Notes under the pieces: generated by a model
What the model saw: the letters and a program-made list of their open reading frames with translations, nothing else
Told to the model about the DNA's origin: nothing
Database searches by the model: none
Part shown: positions 53,576-61,996 of the stretch, in pieces
Numbering within the stretch: the first letter of the stretch is position 1
Layout: every line of letters begins with the position of its first letter
Assembly: GCA_035500235.1 (NCBI GenBank)
Contig: DATJXK010000310.1
Location: 4,136-68,135, forward strand
Direction of reading: 5' to 3'
DNA: 64,000 nucleotides
From: Pseudomonadales bacterium
GTDB lineage: Bacteria; Verrucomicrobiota; Verrucomicrobiia; Limisphaerales; UBA11358
Made by a program: the position numbers and the translations under genes

Positions 53576-54439
53576 TCATTGGGGTCCATTTGTGACTAAT
53601 AATTTATGGACCATCTCCGCCAATTCATCATGGCCTTTTTGGGTCAAATGCAAACCGTCAATTGTGTTGCCTTTTCCGGCAAAAGCTTCGACAAGATAAT
53701 TTTTAGGAATCAATGTAACGCCATATTTTTCAGCTAGAATTCTTTGGTCCCTTCCGTATGTATTCCAGAACGGAAGCAATGGAAGTTCAAACATAACCAC
53801 TCGCGAATTCTTGATTTCTAAATTGGCAAGGAGCTTATCAAGCTGGATGTAAAACGTGTGACTGTCAGTATGCCCCAGCAAATCGTTGCCCCCGATTTCC
53901 ACTAAGATCAGCGAATTGGTGGCAGTAATTTTATTGGCTTGATACATCGCTGATTCAAGAGTGGCACCGGGAACAGCCAGGTTTACGACCTTCAACTGGG
54001 ATAAATCCTCCAGCACCGCCGGCCACGTTCGTTCCTTTTCCTGAATTCCCGCGCTGATTGAGTCTCCAATAATATAAATCGTTTGTTTTTTTGAAACCGG
54101 GATGGTCTTAGCCAAGTGAAATGGCAACTCAACCAGGCAAACAACCAGCGAAAAAACCGCAAATACTATTGTGATAGATATTTTTGATCTAATTGAAACG
54201 TGTAGATTGAAAGCAGCCCTTGTCGCTATGCAGAGAGCAAACCAAAGTCCATATAACCAATACGATATTGGCGCTGCTGAAAGAACTACCAAGCTGATCC
54301 CAAGCAGCCAAACGACGGTAAGCAGAATCACCCACAACCGCTGGTGCACCAAAAGTCGCACGGCAAATGCAACAACTGTCATTCCAATACCAAAAAAGAA
54401 TGTATTGCCATTGGCAAGTTGAACCACAATTGGATCCAC
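53576..54439 (-). CDS. Membrane-anchored SGNH/GDSL hydrolase
   Basis: Four N-terminal TM helices, then SGNH blocks IYIIGDSISAG, GGNDLL and DGLHLTQKGHDELAE. Sampled GC is 38-40%. Confidence 0.75.
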   Translation of the reverse strand: MDPIVVQLANGNTFFFGIGMTVVAFAVRLLVHQRLWVILLTVVWLLGISLVVLSAAPISYWLYGLWFALCIATRAAFNLHVSIRSKISITIVFAVFSLVVCLVELPFHLAKTIPVSKKQTIYIIGDSISAGIQEKERTWPAVLEDLSQLKVVNLAVPGATLESAMYQANKITATNSLILVEIGGNDLLGHTDSHTFYIQLDKLLANLEIKNSRVVMFELPLLPFWNTYGRDQRILAEKYGVTLIPKNYLVEAFAGKGNTIDGLHLTQKGHDELAEMVHKLLVTNGPQ

Positions 54440-54500
54440 GCCACGTAATTAGCAAAAAACTTTCTTTGGCTCAACGCAGATTACTTCAGGCATTCTAGCC

Positions 54501-54884
54501 TCATGCCGCCTTTCTCAAGGGTTCAGCTTTCGCGTATATCCGCTCAAAAGGCCGGGCGTCGAAGATGATTTCTATCTCTTTGATTTTATCGCCTTCGATG
54601 GTCATTAAACTTGTGGCTCGCACCACCCCTACCGGGTCATTGAAGGTCGCTTCGTACATAAACATTGCGGTATTGCCGGAGGAGAACCGGTGTAAAATAT
54701 GCAACTCCCGCAGGTTGGCCTGCATGCGCCGGACGGCCATGATGAAATCGTTCCGGTTAAAAACCTCGGTCATCGGCATTTTAAACCAGATGTTCGGGTC
54801 CACCAGGGAGGTGATTTTGTTGATGTCGCGCGTGCCTAAAGCGTTCAGGTACGCTTCACCTATTTCCAATACATTTGTGTTCAT
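54501..54884 (-). CDS. SnoaL/NTF2-like fold protein
   Basis: The ATG at 54884 is preceded by AAGGAG. The 127-aa sequence has a SnoaL-like pattern (IGEAYLNALGTRDINKITSLVDPNIWF...IKEIEIIFDARPF). The upstream 81-aa extension in the ORF track looks non-coding. Confidence 0.55.
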   Translation of the reverse strand: MNTNVLEIGEAYLNALGTRDINKITSLVDPNIWFKMPMTEVFNRNDFIMAVRRMQANLRELHILHRFSSGNTAMFMYEATFNDPVGVVRATSLMTIEGDKIKEIEIIFDARPFERIYAKAEPLRKAA

Positions 54885-55129
54885 AATGCTCCTTTGCCCC
54901 AAACGTACGCCCGAATCGTTTTTCCGCAAGTTAACGAATGTTAAATCGTCCGGAATCGAAATAGCGAGGGCGTACGCGCGCGAAGGTTTAAGCATATTGG
55001 CCGCAAGAAAAGCGGCGTCCTGGCCGCCGCACTCCAGGACGCAAGCGCATTGGTCCGCGCGAATGCAGACCTTGACGCCATCCGACTCACTTGGACAATT
55101 GCCCCCGCTTTTGTTAGCATTCCGCAAAC

Positions 55130-56899
55130 ATGAATCTTGAAGATACAGCTTTAGGGCCGTCGGATTTTATTCGCGATATCGTGGCCAAACATTTCAACGA
55201 ACGGAAATATCCGCGCATCCATACCCGTTTTCCGCCTGAGCCCAACGGCTACCTTCATATCGGCCATGCCAAGAGCATCTGCCTGAACTTCGGCATCGCC
55301 CGCGAGTTCGGCGGCACCTGCAATCTCCGCATGGATGACACAAATCCGACCAAGGAGGACGTCGAATATGTGGACTCCATCTGCGAGGATGTGAACTGGC
55401 TCATCTCCGGCTGGGCCAATGATAATCTTGGCCTGAAGGAAAAAGGCAAAACGCCCAATGCTATTTCTTCCAATGGCAAACCGGATTTCTACCTGCCTTC
55501 GGTTACCAAGGCCGGCGCGGTCGAGCCGTTCTACGCCTCGGATTATTTTGACCAGCTTTACGAATACGCCGTGACACTCATCAAGAAGGGCAAGGCGTAC
55601 GTGGACGACCTGACACCGGAGGAAACGGACGAATACCGCCGTAACGCCAAGGAATCGCCGCACCGCAACCGCAGCGTGGAGGAAAACCTGGCGCTGTTCG
55701 CGCGCATGAAGGCCGGGGAATTTCCCGATGGTAAATGCTCGCTCCGCGCGAAGATTGACGTGGCCTCGCCAAATATCTGGCTGCGCGATCCCCTGCTCTA
55801 TCGTATCCGCCATACCGCGCATCATCACATCGGCACGAAGTGGGTCATCTATCCCATGTACGACTTCGCGCATTGCCTGAGCGATTATATCGAGGGCATC
55901 ACGCACTCGATTTGCACGCTGGAATTTGAAGTCCATCGCCCGCTCTACGATTGGATTTTGGAAAGCCTGGATTTGCCGCGTCCCCTGCCGCATCAATACG
56001 AATTTGCGCGCCTCAGCCTTGGTTACACTGTGATGAGCAAACGCAAGCTGCTCCAGCTCGTGCAAGAGAAAATCGTCACCGGCTGGGACGATCCCCGCAT
56101 GCCCACGATTTCCGGCATCCGCCGCCGTGGTGTGCCCGCCGAAGCGTTGCGCGCCTTCGCCTATAACATCGGTATCACGAAATATAACGGCGTTACCGAT
56201 GTGTCCGTCCTGGAGCACGCCATTCGCGGAGATTTAAATTCGCGTGCCCTGCGCCGGCTCGCCGTGTTGCGACCGATCAAAGTCGTTCTCACCAATTACC
56301 CTGAAGGCAAAACAGAGGAACTGGAGGCGGTCAATAATCCCGAGAATGAAGGCGCCGGCATGAGGAAAATTCCTTTCAGCCGCGAACTGTTCATTGACCG
56401 CGACGATTTCATGGAAGTCGCGCCACCCAAATTTTTCCGGCTCAAGCCGGGTGGCGAAGTGCGGTTGAAATACGCCTACATCATCAAGTGCGAAGAAGTC
56501 GTCAAAGACGCGGCGGGAAACATCACGGAACTGCGCTGCACGGCCGACCTCGACAGCAAGACCGGCGGGGCGACGTCGAACCGCAAAATCAAGGGCACCA
56601 TCCATTGGGTCAGCGCCGCGCATGCGGTGGATGCCGAGGTGCGCCTGTATGACCGTCTCTTTACCGTGCCTGAACCGGATGCCGATGGGGATTTCAAACA
56701 ATTCCTGAACCCGCACTCGCTCGAAGTGATCACCGCCAAATGCGAACCGTCATTGAAAGACGCGCATGCGGAATCGCGCTATCAATTCGAGCGCCTGGCT
56801 TATTTCGCATTGGATAAAGATTCCCGCCCGGACAAATTGGTGTTCAACCGCACTATCACGCTAAAAGATGCCTGGGCCAAAGAAACGCAGAAGACATAA
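55130..56899 (+). CDS. glnS: Glutaminyl-tRNA synthetase
   Basis: HIGH motif ([11 protein letters not shown]), KMSKS motif (VMSKRKL), and a GlnRS-type C-terminal anticodon-binding beta-barrel. 589 aa. Confidence 0.95.
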   Translation: MNLEDTALGPSDFIRDIVAKHFNERKYPRIHTRFPPEPNGYLHIGHAKSICLNFGIAREFGGTCNLRMDDTNPTKEDVEYVDSICEDVNWLISGWANDNLGLKEKGKTPNAISSNGKPDFYLPSVTKAGAVEPFYASDYFDQLYEYAVTLIKKGKAYVDDLTPEETDEYRRNAKESPHRNRSVEENLALFARMKAGEFPDGKCSLRAKIDVASPNIWLRDPLLYRIRHTAHHHIGTKWVIYPMYDFAHCLSDYIEGITHSICTLEFEVHRPLYDWILESLDLPRPLPHQYEFARLSLGYTVMSKRKLLQLVQEKIVTGWDDPRMPTISGIRRRGVPAEALRAFAYNIGITKYNGVTDVSVLEHAIRGDLNSRALRRLAVLRPIKVVLTNYPEGKTEELEAVNNPENEGAGMRKIPFSRELFIDRDDFMEVAPPKFFRLKPGGEVRLKYAYIIKCEEVVKDAAGNITELRCTADLDSKTGGATSNRKIKGTIHWVSAAHAVDAEVRLYDRLFTVPEPDADGDFKQFLNPHSLEVITAKCEPSLKDAHAESRYQFERLAYFALDKDSRPDKLVFNRTITLKDAWAKETQKT

Positions 56900-56965
56900 G
56901 ATAACTATTCACGTCCAGCAACTTTCGAAAATAAACTCAACCTTAATCTTCGAAAGGAATTTACT

Positions 56966-57499
56966 ATGGCAAAATGCGCCTCGTGCAATTCAACGATTTT
57001 TATGGGCGGCGTTCGCTCGGGCGCCCAGCGTTTCTGCAACAACAGATGTTACCAGGACTTTCGGGCTTTGAGCTATACTTCGATCGTCCCGAATGATGTG
57101 CTCGAGCGCAAACTTGAGGAAGTCTGGCGGGGCAATTGCCCCCAATGCCGCGGCCTTGGCCCGATTGACGTCCATAGAATCCATGAAGTCTGGTCGGCGC
57201 TGGTTTTGACGCGCTGGACGACGAAGGCGCAAGTCAGTTGCCGTTCCTGCGCCACCAAACGTCAACTCGGCGGAGTTGGTTTTTCACTCCTCCTGGGCTG
57301 GTGGGGTTTTCCGTGGGGCCTTATTCTTACGCCGGTCCAGGTCACACGCAATGTCATGGGCATCGTCCGCGGTCCTGATTCTTCCAGCCCTTCGCCTGAA
57401 TTGCGAAAAGCGGTTTTAGTCAACCTGGGTACGCAGGCAGTCGCCAGCCAGAAGGCGGCCGCGGCCAAGCAGCCGCCACCGTTGCCGGGCTCTGTCTGA
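56966..57499 (+). CDS. Hypothetical zinc-ribbon membrane protein
   Basis: CxxC pairs (CASCNS..FCNNRC; CPQC...CRSC), a GWWGFPWGLILTP membrane segment, and AAAGGA upstream. Confidence 0.6.
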   Translation: MAKCASCNSTIFMGGVRSGAQRFCNNRCYQDFRALSYTSIVPNDVLERKLEEVWRGNCPQCRGLGPIDVHRIHEVWSALVLTRWTTKAQVSCRSCATKRQLGGVGFSLLLGWWGFPWGLILTPVQVTRNVMGIVRGPDSSSPSPELRKAVLVNLGTQAVASQKAAAAKQPPPLPGSV

Positions 57500-57599
57500 G
57501 TTGCATTTTGCAAAAAATCCGTCGTGCAAAATGCCTGAATCCGTCGACCTTTTTGGCTTTTTTCGGCCTTTTTTCCCGAATTTCCTCAAATTTAGGCTA

Positions 57600-57615
57600 T
57601 GGCACAAATCTCGCA
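57600..57615 (+). promoter_or_regulatory. Sigma-54-like -24/-12 element TGGCAC-AAATC-TCGCA with no downstream ORF
   Basis: GG at 57601-02 and GC at 57613-14 have the correct 12-nt register, with one mismatch in the -12 box. It lies in a 240-nt spacer between convergent genes. Confidence 0.4.
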
Positions 57616-57625
57616 ATAAGAGTCT

Positions 57626-57710
57626 TGTTCGTGGAATCAACTGTGAAGAGACGGTAAGTACGCCAAGGGAAAAAAGCGCGGATATTTCTTATCCGCGCTT
57701 TTTATTTTTT
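57626..57710 (+). ncRNA. Candidate sigma-54-dependent small RNA of about 85 nt (prediction only)
   Basis: The interval runs from the predicted start site, about 12 nt after the -12 GC, to the end of the intrinsic terminator. No credible ORF is present. I recognise no known RNA family. Confidence 0.25.
57671..57710. terminator. Bidirectional intrinsic terminator
   Basis: 10-bp perfect stem agcgcggata / tatccgcgct (57675-84 and 57690-99) with loop tttct. It is flanked by aaaa upstream and ttttatttttt downstream, and lies 40 nt past the stop of the minus-strand gene at 57740. Confidence 0.85.
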
Positions 57711-57739
57711 ACCGGAGCCAATTCGTTTGGCGAAGGATA

Positions 57740-58498
57740 TTACTTCGAAATCCCCATCATGGGAAACAGGGTTGGGTTCATAGCATCAGCCCAAATCTGG
57801 TAGCCATGTTCATTGGGATGCAGAAAATCGGGCATGATGTCCGCGGGCACTTTGCCGTCCGGGCCAAGGAACTTCTCATTGATATCAAGGAACACGATTT
57901 TGTTGCCGTCGGCATATTTCGAAATGATGGCGTTAATCTTCGCCGGCGCTTCAATTTGCGCCGCGATATCGTTCGTGCGGTTGCGCGGGAAAACGCCCAG
58001 CAGCAGGATTTTCGTGTCGGGACATTTTTCCTGGATTTTATCGAGAATTACCCGGATGCCCCCGGCGATTTGTTCCGGTGAATTGTCCCTGGAGTTGTTC
58101 GTGCCGATCATCAACACGGTCACTTTGGGATGCAGGCCATCCAGTTCACCGTGGTCAATGCGCCAGATGACGTGCTGGGTCTGGTCGCCGCTAATGCCGA
58201 AATCGGCGGCGTACAGCGGCGCATAGTACTTGGCCCAGACATTGGTACCGTAGCGCGGAGCTGAACGGACCCAAAAATCGGTAATCGAATCGCCGAGAAA
58301 TAACAAATCAATGCGGTCGCGCTTCGCTTCCTGCACCAGCCTTTCGTGGTGAGCAAGCCAGGAGGAAGAATTGCCGCGTGACGCAGGCACGGTGGCCGGG
58401 TTGGGCGCTTGATTGGTGTCCTGGGCAAAGGCACTCGCGCCAGCGAAGAGCGAAAGGGCGACAAAGGCAATGGATAAGAATGAGGAGGATTTTTTCAT
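57740..58498 (-). CDS. Secreted SGNH/GDSL hydrolase (PAF-acetylhydrolase-like subfamily)
   Basis: Signal peptide, then blocks LLFLGDSITDFW, GISGDQT, MIGTNN and DFLHPNEHGYQIWA. Confidence 0.85.
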   Translation of the reverse strand: MKKSSSFLSIAFVALSLFAGASAFAQDTNQAPNPATVPASRGNSSSWLAHHERLVQEAKRDRIDLLFLGDSITDFWVRSAPRYGTNVWAKYYAPLYAADFGISGDQTQHVIWRIDHGELDGLHPKVTVLMIGTNNSRDNSPEQIAGGIRVILDKIQEKCPDTKILLLGVFPRNRTNDIAAQIEAPAKINAIISKYADGNKIVFLDINEKFLGPDGKVPADIMPDFLHPNEHGYQIWADAMNPTLFPMMGISK

Positions 58499-58600
58499 GC
58501 GTGGATATTAAAGACGACTGGTGACAGATTCAAGATTTGCTGATGCGTTTACTTCATGTGGGCTTGCTTGACTTGAATCATTTTAGTGTTTAACTGGGGC

Positions 58601-59998
58601 ATGAAGGCAAAACTGACCAGCATGGGACTTCTGATCGTCGCGTCCATTTTTCTTGCCGGGTGCGGCGCGGGTTCTTCCAAAAAAATTTCCCCCGAAGTGG
58701 CGCAAACCAACCAGCTCGATTGGAACATGAAAACACTGGTGACTGCCTATCAAAACAACGGCAGCACCGATTCCAGATGGGACGAACCAGCCACGCGGGC
58801 ACTGACCGAATTTGCCCGCACCCGGGCACGAGTCACAGACCTGTATGAGCCTTGGAGCGAAATTATCGGCACGAATTGCGAGGCAGCCGTAAACGCGGGT
58901 TGCGACGACCCGATGATCCGCTACTTGTATATCAAAAATGCCATGAGCCAGACCAACTCGCCCAAGGCCTTTTCAGATGCGTTTGTCGAGGTGGAAGGCA
59001 AAATGCAGAAAAGCCAGTATCCTGATATTCGCAAATTTTACGTCGCCCTCCGCGCCGCGCAGCAATTCATGTTTACGTACGGATACGGCACCAACGTTGA
59101 TTACACCGTTTGGCGTCAAATGATGGGCGATGCCGCTTCGGACCTTGTAGCCGTACTGAACGACAAAACAACGCCGCCAAATGAAGTCTACGATGCCTGC
59201 TCAGAAATGATCTATCAGCTCCCCGGCAGTCCCCAGGGATTCCAAAACTATTATGATACCATTGAAAAGCCGCTGATGGCCAATTGGCCGGACGAAGCCA
59301 TGGCCTGGCTTTTGAAAGGCCTGGCATATACCCAACTGGCCTGGCTTTATCGCGGGAATGGTTACGCTGATTCTATTACCCCGGAGGGCTTGAAGGGATT
59401 TAACGCAAACCTGGACGTCGCGAATAAAGCATTGAATCACGCATGGGATTTGGATCCCAAAGACGCGCGGATCGCCAACGCCATGCTCAACGTCGAACTG
59501 GGCCAGGGCAAAGGCCGGGACGTGATGGAACTGTGGTTTGACCGGGCCATGAAGGATGACCCGGATAATTACGACGCGTGCAACGGCAAGCTTACTTACA
59601 TCGAGCCGAAATGGTACGGTTCCGTCAATGACATGCTCGAATTTGGGCGCGAGTGCGTAACCAATGCCGCGTGGGGTGGGACCGTGCCGTTAATCCTGGT
59701 AGACGCGCACTATAATATTTACAACGAATTTATTGATGCTTCGGAACGCACCAACTATTGGCAGCAACCGGACGTCTGGGCCGATATCAGTTCGGCCTAT
59801 GAACGATACCTGGGAGACAATCCCGATGACGCCTCACGCGTCGCTTATTACGCCAGATACGCCTTCTATGCCAAACAATGGAACAAGCTGAATGAGCTGC
59901 TCCCGAAAGTTTCCCCGGATTATTACAGTCTGTTTGGCGGTAAGGATGCGTTTGACCAGATTGTCCAACAGGCGAAGGAAAATGCAACGCAACACTAA
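58601..59998 (+). CDS. Hypothetical lipoprotein, helical-repeat-like
   Basis: The ATG at 58601 gives a lipobox (LLIVASIFLAGCGAGS). The rest is helical with W/Y-rich repeats. ...YIEPKWYGSVNDMLEFGRE is reminiscent of DUF4034, with low certainty. Confidence 0.6.
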   Translation: MKAKLTSMGLLIVASIFLAGCGAGSSKKISPEVAQTNQLDWNMKTLVTAYQNNGSTDSRWDEPATRALTEFARTRARVTDLYEPWSEIIGTNCEAAVNAGCDDPMIRYLYIKNAMSQTNSPKAFSDAFVEVEGKMQKSQYPDIRKFYVALRAAQQFMFTYGYGTNVDYTVWRQMMGDAASDLVAVLNDKTTPPNEVYDACSEMIYQLPGSPQGFQNYYDTIEKPLMANWPDEAMAWLLKGLAYTQLAWLYRGNGYADSITPEGLKGFNANLDVANKALNHAWDLDPKDARIANAMLNVELGQGKGRDVMELWFDRAMKDDPDNYDACNGKLTYIEPKWYGSVNDMLEFGRECVTNAAWGGTVPLILVDAHYNIYNEFIDASERTNYWQQPDVWADISSAYERYLGDNPDDASRVAYYARYAFYAKQWNKLNELLPKVSPDYYSLFGGKDAFDQIVQQAKENATQH

Positions 59999-60000
59999 TT

Positions 60001-60858
60001 TTACGTGCTCGCGCTGGTATAATGCTTGAGAGATAACCGCCAAAACCAGTGGGAAACGACCGCCCAAAATAATCCCAGTCCCAGTAAAATGGCGCACGCG
60101 GACGGCGAAGCCAGTTTATCCGCCAGCACACGCACGGGAACATTGGAAACGAGCAGCACCGGCAGGGCAAAAGTAAATACCGCTTTGAACGGCCCGCGAT
60201 GAAACGCGTCATCCGGCATGCGGGCGATGTTAAATAAATTGTAGTAGCCCCACACGATGCCCTGGGCGCGCACGGTCCAGAAACTCACCGACGCCAGCAT
60301 AAACATCAGCGAGTAATGGATCATCAGCCCGACGACGCACAACGCGGCGAAGCCAAATAATTGCGCCGCCGAAGGGTGCAGGTGCAGTTTATGCGCCGCA
60401 AATCCCATCACACACGCGGCGAAGGCGGCATTGGCAAAGGAGGAGATGTCCACCTGCCGTGTCGAAACCACGAAGCGCGTGTTAATCGGCAGCAGGAGCA
60501 GGAAATCCATTTTACCGGTGCGCACGAGTTCGGAGAGGTTGGTGCAGTTCACGAGAAAAAATGCCTGGTAAATCTGCTGGATGAAATTGCTCGCGCCGGT
60601 CAGCAACACCACTTCCCAGGCCGACCATGTCCCGATGCGGGTGGTTTGCGAAAACACGACGCTCACGAAGCTTAATTGCAACCCAAACCAAAGCAGTTCG
60701 ACGATAATCCAGAGAATGAAATTGCCCTTGAACGACATTTCCCGCGTGATCGAAGTCCTCCACAGCGCGGCATAAATGCCAAAGTACCGGGCAATGCGGG
60801 AGCCGAGGCTCATGGCCGCGGGCGGCTGCGGGCTCATGACCTGGGACGGCGCGCTCAT
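60001..60858 (-). CDS. ABC-2-family transporter permease (ABC2_membrane_6/DUF990-like)
   Basis: Six TM helices. N-terminal YAALWRTSITREMSFKGNF..W and the motif ..VRTGKMDFLLLLPI. Confidence 0.65.
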   Translation of the reverse strand: MSAPSQVMSPQPPAAMSLGSRIARYFGIYAALWRTSITREMSFKGNFILWIIVELLWFGLQLSFVSVVFSQTTRIGTWSAWEVVLLTGASNFIQQIYQAFFLVNCTNLSELVRTGKMDFLLLLPINTRFVVSTRQVDISSFANAAFAACVMGFAAHKLHLHPSAAQLFGFAALCVVGLMIHYSLMFMLASVSFWTVRAQGIVWGYYNLFNIARMPDDAFHRGPFKAVFTFALPVLLVSNVPVRVLADKLASPSACAILLGLGLFWAVVSHWFWRLSLKHYTSAST

Positions 60859-60859
60859 A

Positions 60860-61996
60860 CTAAACCAATTTCTTTAACTTACTATCTTCGCCCAGTTTCC
60901 TGACCAATTCCTTCACTTTTTGCGCCTGGCTTTTATGCGCCAAAAGAACGGCATCGTCGGTCTGGACCAAAATGGAATCGCGCAGCCCTACCACGGTAAT
61001 GGGCGTTTTATTTTTTGTCCGCGCGTCATAGATGATATTACGCGCGGCGTCCACATGGATGAAATCCGCCACGGCGCAGTTACCTTCGGCATCGGCTTTC
61101 AAATGCCGCGCCAATGCCGGCCACGCGCCGAGGTCGTCCCACTCAAATGCGCCATCGGCCACGATGACATTCTGCGCATGTTCCATCAGCGCGTAATCGA
61201 TCGAAACCTTTTTGACGGCCGGATATTCCTTTGCCAGCACTTTCGCGAGTTTGGCGGGCTGGTTTGCGACCTTGAACCATCGCTGGCAGGCGGCGAACAT
61301 TTCAGGCTGATGTTTCTCAAGGCCGTTGGTAACTGTGACAAAGCTCCAGACAAACATTCCCGCATTCCAGCGATATTGACCGCTGTTTAGATACTCCAAG
61401 GCCCGCTCAAAATTCGGTTTCTCGACAAATTGCTCCGCCTTAAAAAACGTCGTCTTATATTTCTTTGCGCCCTGCGGGGTGGGCAATTCATTACCGACAC
61501 GGATGTAGCCATAACCAGTCGCCGGCTCCGTCGGCTTGATACCGATGGTCACAATCGCCTGCCCTCGCGCCGCCAAATCAAAGGCGTCGCCAAGAATTTG
61601 CTGGAATTTTTTCTCGTCGGGAATCACATGGTCCGCTGGTAATACGGCCATAACGCCCATGGTTGAGCGTGCACCCACCAGCGCCGCGCCTAACGTCACC
61701 GCCGCACAAGTATCACGCCCAACCGGCTCGGCGACCAGGTTAGCTTTGGGAATTTTGGGAAGCTGTTTGCGCACTTCGGGCAATTGCGCTTCGTTCGTGA
61801 TAACAAAAACATTCTTTGCCGGCACCAAAGGCAGCACACGCTCGACGGCTTCCTGCAGGAACGATTTTTTACCCAAAAGCGCGAGTAATTGCTTGGGCAT
61901 TTTCTCGCGGCTCAGCGGCCAGAACCGCTCGCCCCTGCCGCCCGCCATAATGATGACGTATCGGTTTTTTATGTCGGTTTTTTGTTTTGAACTCAT
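60860..61996 (-). CDS. Mannose-1-phosphate guanylyltransferase-like nucleotidyltransferase
   Basis: YVIIMAGGRGERFWPLSREKMPKQLL nucleotide-binding motif, VLPADHVI and GYGYI. Confidence 0.8.
   Translation of the reverse strand: MSSKQKTDIKNRYVIIMAGGRGERFWPLSREKMPKQLLALLGKKSFLQEAVERVLPLVPAKNVFVITNEAQLPEVRKQLPKIPKANLVAEPVGRDTCAAVTLGAALVGARSTMGVMAVLPADHVIPDEKKFQQILGDAFDLAARGQAIVTIGIKPTEPATGYGYIRVGNELPTPQGAKKYKTTFFKAEQFVEKPNFERALEYLNSGQYRWNAGMFVWSFVTVTNGLEKHQPEMFAACQRWFKVANQPAKLAKVLAKEYPAVKKVSIDYALMEHAQNVIVADGAFEWDDLGAWPALARHLKADAEGNCAVADFIHVDAARNIIYDARTKNKTPITVVGLRDSILVQTDDAVLLAHKSQAQKVKELVRKLGEDSKLKKLV

Noticed and set aside
55151-56218. 355-aa minus-strand ORF inside glnS
   Set aside because: It lies antisense to a complete GlnRS with HIGH and KMSKS motifs. 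It has the composition of a shadow ORF.
57501-57803. 100-aa plus-strand ORF in the spacer after the zinc-ribbon gene
   Set aside because: It reads straight through a perfect intrinsic terminator and into the 3' end of the opposing SGNH gene. It has no Shine-Dalgarno sequence.
60001-60858. A lone ABC-2 permease gene as a possible remnant of a disrupted transporter operon
   Set aside because: The gene is intact, and partner ATPase or permease genes may simply be encoded elsewhere. Nothing in the window points to a deletion or pseudogenisation.
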